A DNA stretch of 64,000 bases from positions 989-64,988 of the IMG/VR virus record IMGVR_UViG_3300033070_001299; one strand, 5' to 3'. The stretch's first letter is position 1; each line of letters starts with the position of its first letter. The DNA is from a virus. Lineage: Duplodnaviria > Caudoviricetes. The notes beneath the pieces are model-generated. The model saw nothing but the letters and a program-made list of their open reading frames with translations. It was not told the DNA's origin and ran no database searches. The position numbers and the translations under genes were made by a program. Positions 61,918 through 64,000 of this stretch are shown here, piece after piece.

Positions 61918-63437
61918 CGCTCGCTGGGGCCGACGGGCCGGCGATCCGGGAGGCAGCGCGCGAGGAGGCGGCGCTGCACGTCTACTCGTGGTTCTTCCGC
62001 CGGGCCTGGCGGGAGGTCGAGCAAAACCGGCCGCTGCTGCACAACTGGCACCTCGACCTCGTGGCCGACGAGCTCGACGGCGTGATCGCTGGCCGCGTGC
62101 GCGAGCTGGTGATCTGCATGCCCCCGGGCACGGCGAAGTCCATGCTGGTGTCCGCGCTGCTCATGCCCTACGCCTGGCTGCGCCGGCCGGAGTGGCGCGT
62201 GCTCTGCACGGCGAAGGACCCCACCGTCGTCGCGCGCGACAGCCTGCGCATGAGGACGCTCCTGCGGACGCCCTGGTATCAGGGCCGCGTCGCCGAGCTG
62301 GTCGAGCGCGGGGAGGTTCAGCCCTGGGGCCTCTCGCCTGAGATGCAGGAGCGCATGAACTTCACGAACAGCGCGGGCGGACAGCGCATGTGCCGCTCGA
62401 TCTGGGGCGGGATCACCGGCCACCGCTTCGACGGGCTGATTGTAGACGACCCCTACGACGCCAAGCAGGTGCTCCCCGGCGTCGCCACCCCAGCGCAGAT
62501 CGCCGAGCGCATGGCTGCGGGCGTCTCGATCTACGACAACACGCTGGACAGCCGCGTAGAACCGAAGCACGGATGGAAGATCACGATCATGCAGCGCCTC
62601 GCCGAGGGCGACCTGGCCGGCGAGCTGATCAAGCGCGGCGTGCGGGCCGTGGTGCTGCCCATGGAGCACGACCCGCTCCTGCCCGCGTCGCACCGCCACC
62701 CGCGCGACCCCCGGCGCCGGCCGGGCGAGCTGCTGATCCCCGGCCGCTACGACCGGGCGTGGTGCGACGCACGCAAGCACAAGCCGGGCTTCGGGCGCAC
62801 CTGGGCGGCGCAGTACCAGCAGCACCCCGCGCCTGTGGGCGGGACGCGGTTTAAACGCGAGTGGTTCCAGCGCCGATACCAGGGCGACCCGATCCGCTTC
62901 GCCCGCGGCCTGGACGAGCTGGCCCTGACCGTGGACTGCGCTTTCAAGGACAGCTCGGAGAGCGACTACGTCGTGATCCAGTGCTGGGGCAGGAAGGGAA
63001 CCAACCGCTACCTGCTCGACCAGGTGCGCGGGCAGATGGACCTCCCGGCCACCATCGTCGCGCTCAAGGGCATGGCGGCGAAGTGGCCCCAGGCCCGCCT
63101 CAAGCTGATCGAGGAGAAGGCCAACGGCCCGGCGCTGATCCAGCTCCTGCGCGGGCAGGTGCCCGGCCTGATCGCCTTCAACCCCCAGGCCAGCAAGGAG
63201 GCCCGCGCGCAGATCTCGGCCATCGCCTATGAGGCCGGCGAGGTCTGGCTGCCCGAGGTGCAGTGGGCGCCCTGGCTGCTCGACTTCATCGAGGAGCACG
63301 TTCAATTCCCGCTCGGGGCGAATGACGATCAGGTGGACGCTGAGAGCCAGCTCTTCATCCGGTGGGACGCGGCCGAGCCCGACGCGCTGGAGCGCACCAG
63401 GGCCCAGGCCGGCGGCCTCGCGCCCCCGCGGCGTTGA
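61914..63437 (+). CDS. terL: terminase large subunit
   Basis: ICMPPGTAKS, ITG..FDGLIVDDP, IMQRL..DL, TVDCAFK, IEEKANG, DDQVDA. Confidence 0.92.
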   Translation: MTLAGADGPAIREAAREEAALHVYSWFFRRAWREVEQNRPLLHNWHLDLVADELDGVIAGRVRELVICMPPGTAKSMLVSALLMPYAWLRRPEWRVLCTAKDPTVVARDSLRMRTLLRTPWYQGRVAELVERGEVQPWGLSPEMQERMNFTNSAGGQRMCRSIWGGITGHRFDGLIVDDPYDAKQVLPGVATPAQIAERMAAGVSIYDNTLDSRVEPKHGWKITIMQRLAEGDLAGELIKRGVRAVVLPMEHDPLLPASHRHPRDPRRRPGELLIPGRYDRAWCDARKHKPGFGRTWAAQYQQHPAPVGGTRFKREWFQRRYQGDPIRFARGLDELALTVDCAFKDSSESDYVVIQCWGRKGTNRYLLDQVRGQMDLPATIVALKGMAAKWPQARLKLIEEKANGPALIQLLRGQVPGLIAFNPQASKEARAQISAIAYEAGEVWLPEVQWAPWLLDFIEEHVQFPLGANDDQVDAESQLFIRWDAAEPDALERTRAQAGGLAPPRR

Positions 63438-63444
63438 CGAAATG

Positions 63445-63496
63445 CGACGCTGGGGCGCCTATCGACTTGCGTATTACGCCACCATGGCGTAATGGT
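63445..63496 (+). promoter_or_regulatory. operator-class promoter TTGCGT-17-TAATGG
   Basis: ATTACGCCAC-C-ATGGCGTAAT at 63473-63493; upstream copy at 63445. Confidence 0.8.
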
Positions 63497-63546
63497 TGGG
63501 ACGCGCCCCCCAAGTCCGACCACCCATGGGCGCCCAGGAGAACCCG

Positions 63547-64000
63547 ATGCCCCGCCCCAAGAAGACCTCCGTGGCCGCGACTGCTGCCCTCGCCTACGTT
63601 CTCCGCACCTGCACCGCCACGCTCACCTCGCACGGCGGGTTCCAGTGGCCCGAGAGCGGACCCGTCGAGGCGCCCGACTGGAGCTCGGAGGCCGTGTGCG
63701 GCTACGGGCTGCACGGCCTCCTCAACGGCGAGGGCGACGGCGGCCTGCTGAGCTGGGAGCCCGACGCGAAGTGGCTGGTCGTGGAGGTACCCGCCGACTC
63801 CATTGTGGACCTGGGCAAGAAGGTCAAGTTCCCCCGCGGCGTGGTCGTCTACTGCGGCACCCGCGAGGGCGCCGTGACGTTCTTGATCGAGCACGGCGCC
63901 GTCCCCGCCCGAATGATCGGCGGGCAGGCCAGCGCCACGGGCGTCCGCGGGCAGGCCAGCGCCACGGGCTACGGCGGGCAGGCCAGCGCCACGGGCTACG
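63547..64000 (+). CDS. DUF7666-like protein with GQASATGxx repeats (truncated by window end)
   Basis: Open frame from ATG 63547 to the edge: SHGGFQWP..GPVEAPDW...CGYGLHG, KVKFPRG.VVYCG. Confidence 0.7.
   Translation, partial: MPRPKKTSVAATAALAYVLRTCTATLTSHGGFQWPESGPVEAPDWSSEAVCGYGLHGLLNGEGDGGLLSWEPDAKWLVVEVPADSIVDLGKKVKFPRGVVVYCGTREGAVTFLIEHGAVPARMIGGQASATGVRGQASATGYGGQASATGY
63922..64000 (+). repeat. 27-bp coding tandem repeat (at least 3 copies)
   Basis: GGGCAGGCCAGCGCCACGGGC-N6 at 63922, 63949 and 63976. Confidence 0.85.

Noticed and set aside
63922-64000. CRISPR-like array
   Set aside because: 27-bp in-frame coding repeats with only 6-bp variable parts; no spacers or cas genes
1-64000. 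Integrase/att sites, tRNA genes, IS elements, holin-spanin cassette
   Set aside because: No recombinase or transposase motifs, no tRNA T-loop/cloverleaf and no TM gene pair near the lysin; may lie outside the window

Overview
A very GC-rich (roughly 75% by eye) tailed-phage genome segment, probably most of one genome, with every credible gene on the + strand. It encodes a contractile-tail (myovirus-type) virion: DUF1073-type portal, gpF/gp7 head protein, DUF2213 protease/scaffold, DUF2184 capsid, neck, DUF3383 sheath, DUF3277 tube, a -1 frameshifted chaperone, tape measure, baseplate and fibres (6.3-32.0 kb). A putative L,D-transpeptidase-like lysin follows. Next come a recombination/replication module (SSAP-like, SbcD, SbcC, initiator with an internal iteron origin, DnaC-like loader, DEDDh exonuclease, RuvC-like resolvase, SNF2 helicase) and terminase (61.3-63.4 kb). 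The DNA-modification set is unusually large: DpdA-like transglycosylase, three adenine MTases, a C5 MTase, a degenerate MTase, a UDG-superfamily protein, a PAPS-reductase-like PP-loop enzyme coupled to a Mom-like protein, plus ParB, ASCH, DUF5131 and GNAT genes. Myxobacteria-style proteins suggest a Myxococcota host (inference). No integrase, tRNA, CRISPR array or reverse transcriptase was seen. Strongest observations: (1) 11 sigma70-like promoters scattered across the genome share a 13-bp palindrome CGCC-R-N3-Y-GGCG, nine of them with a second copy exactly 32 bp upstream; (2) the portal is fused to a 2H phosphoesterase (Acb1-like); (3) a ~360-nt highly structured non-coding segment has its own promoter ahead of the head genes; (4) an 11-bp-phased iteron array is followed by a GATC-rich unwinding element; (5) the base-modification gene couples (PP-loop+Mom, SMUG/MUG-like+Dcm, DpdA). 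Family assignments come from motif recognition by eye, not database searches.
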